Positions 63,771 through 64,000 of a DNA stretch of 64,000 nucleotides are shown here, one piece after another. This DNA is from Felis catus (Eukaryota). The notes under the pieces were generated by a model. The model had not been told where the DNA came from and made no database searches. It worked only from the letters and a program-made list of their open reading frames with translations. Each line of letters opens with the position of its first letter. Positions within the stretch are counted from its first letter, which is position 1. Made by a program: the position numbers and the translations under genes. Location of the stretch: assembly GCF_018350175.1 (NCBI RefSeq), contig NC_058374.1:131564001-131628000 (forward strand), read 5' to 3'.

Positions 63771-64000
63771 GTAGGTATGAGCTCTTTGTGTTCTGTGCGC
63801 TGGGTGGGATCCTGCGACTCAGGGGTCACTAGGAGGCTCAAATGATCTGTGTCTTTCACTCACTGTTTTGTTTCCCCAGGACTTCGTACACCTTAGACCC
63901 TTAGTAAAGAACTTGTTGAATGAAGGCTGAATAAACAAAGAGGGGACAGAGACCTCTCAAATGTGGTGAAGCTAAAATTGAGATCTTCGTCCTGACTTGT

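Overview
This is mammalian genomic DNA, almost certainly felid, given the dense tRNA-Lys-derived Can-SINEs of the SINEC_Fc type. It is the conserved block syntenic to human 22q13.1. The gene order is H1-0 (+, single exon, 194 aa), GCAT (+, 9 coding exons, 419 aa), GALR3 (+, 2 coding exons, TM7 hidden in an N-gap), ANKRD54 (-, 8 coding exons, 299 aa) and the first 4 coding exons of EIF3L (+). I reconstructed all exon boundaries by hand from GT-AG sites and reading-frame continuity. The rest is SINE, MIR, L1/L2, MLT1/ERV1 LTR and hAT DNA-transposon debris, microsatellites, CpG islands and three assembly gaps (1258-1395, 11855-12058, 27599-27734). I find no evidence of a new multi-gene system: almost all other ORFs in the track are SINE or GC-rich artefacts. 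The best leads are small regulatory or splicing features. (1) A 75-nt in-frame, stop-free ANKRD54 intron encodes an SH3-ligand-like Pro-rich insert. (2) A CGG-type repeat in ANKRD54 intron 6 reads as polyAla or polyGly in frame with the flanking exons. (3) The likely ANKRD54 poly(A) signal comes from an LTR and is followed by a G-rich minisatellite. (4) GCAT lacks a canonical poly(A) signal and GALR3 has a splice acceptor 19 nt before its ATG, so read-through chimeras are possible. (5) The GALR3 stop codon lies inside AATAAA. (6) An RFX X-box-like palindrome overlaps the ANKRD54 start codon. Repeat family names come from recognition of consensus-like sequence, and repeat boundaries are approximate.
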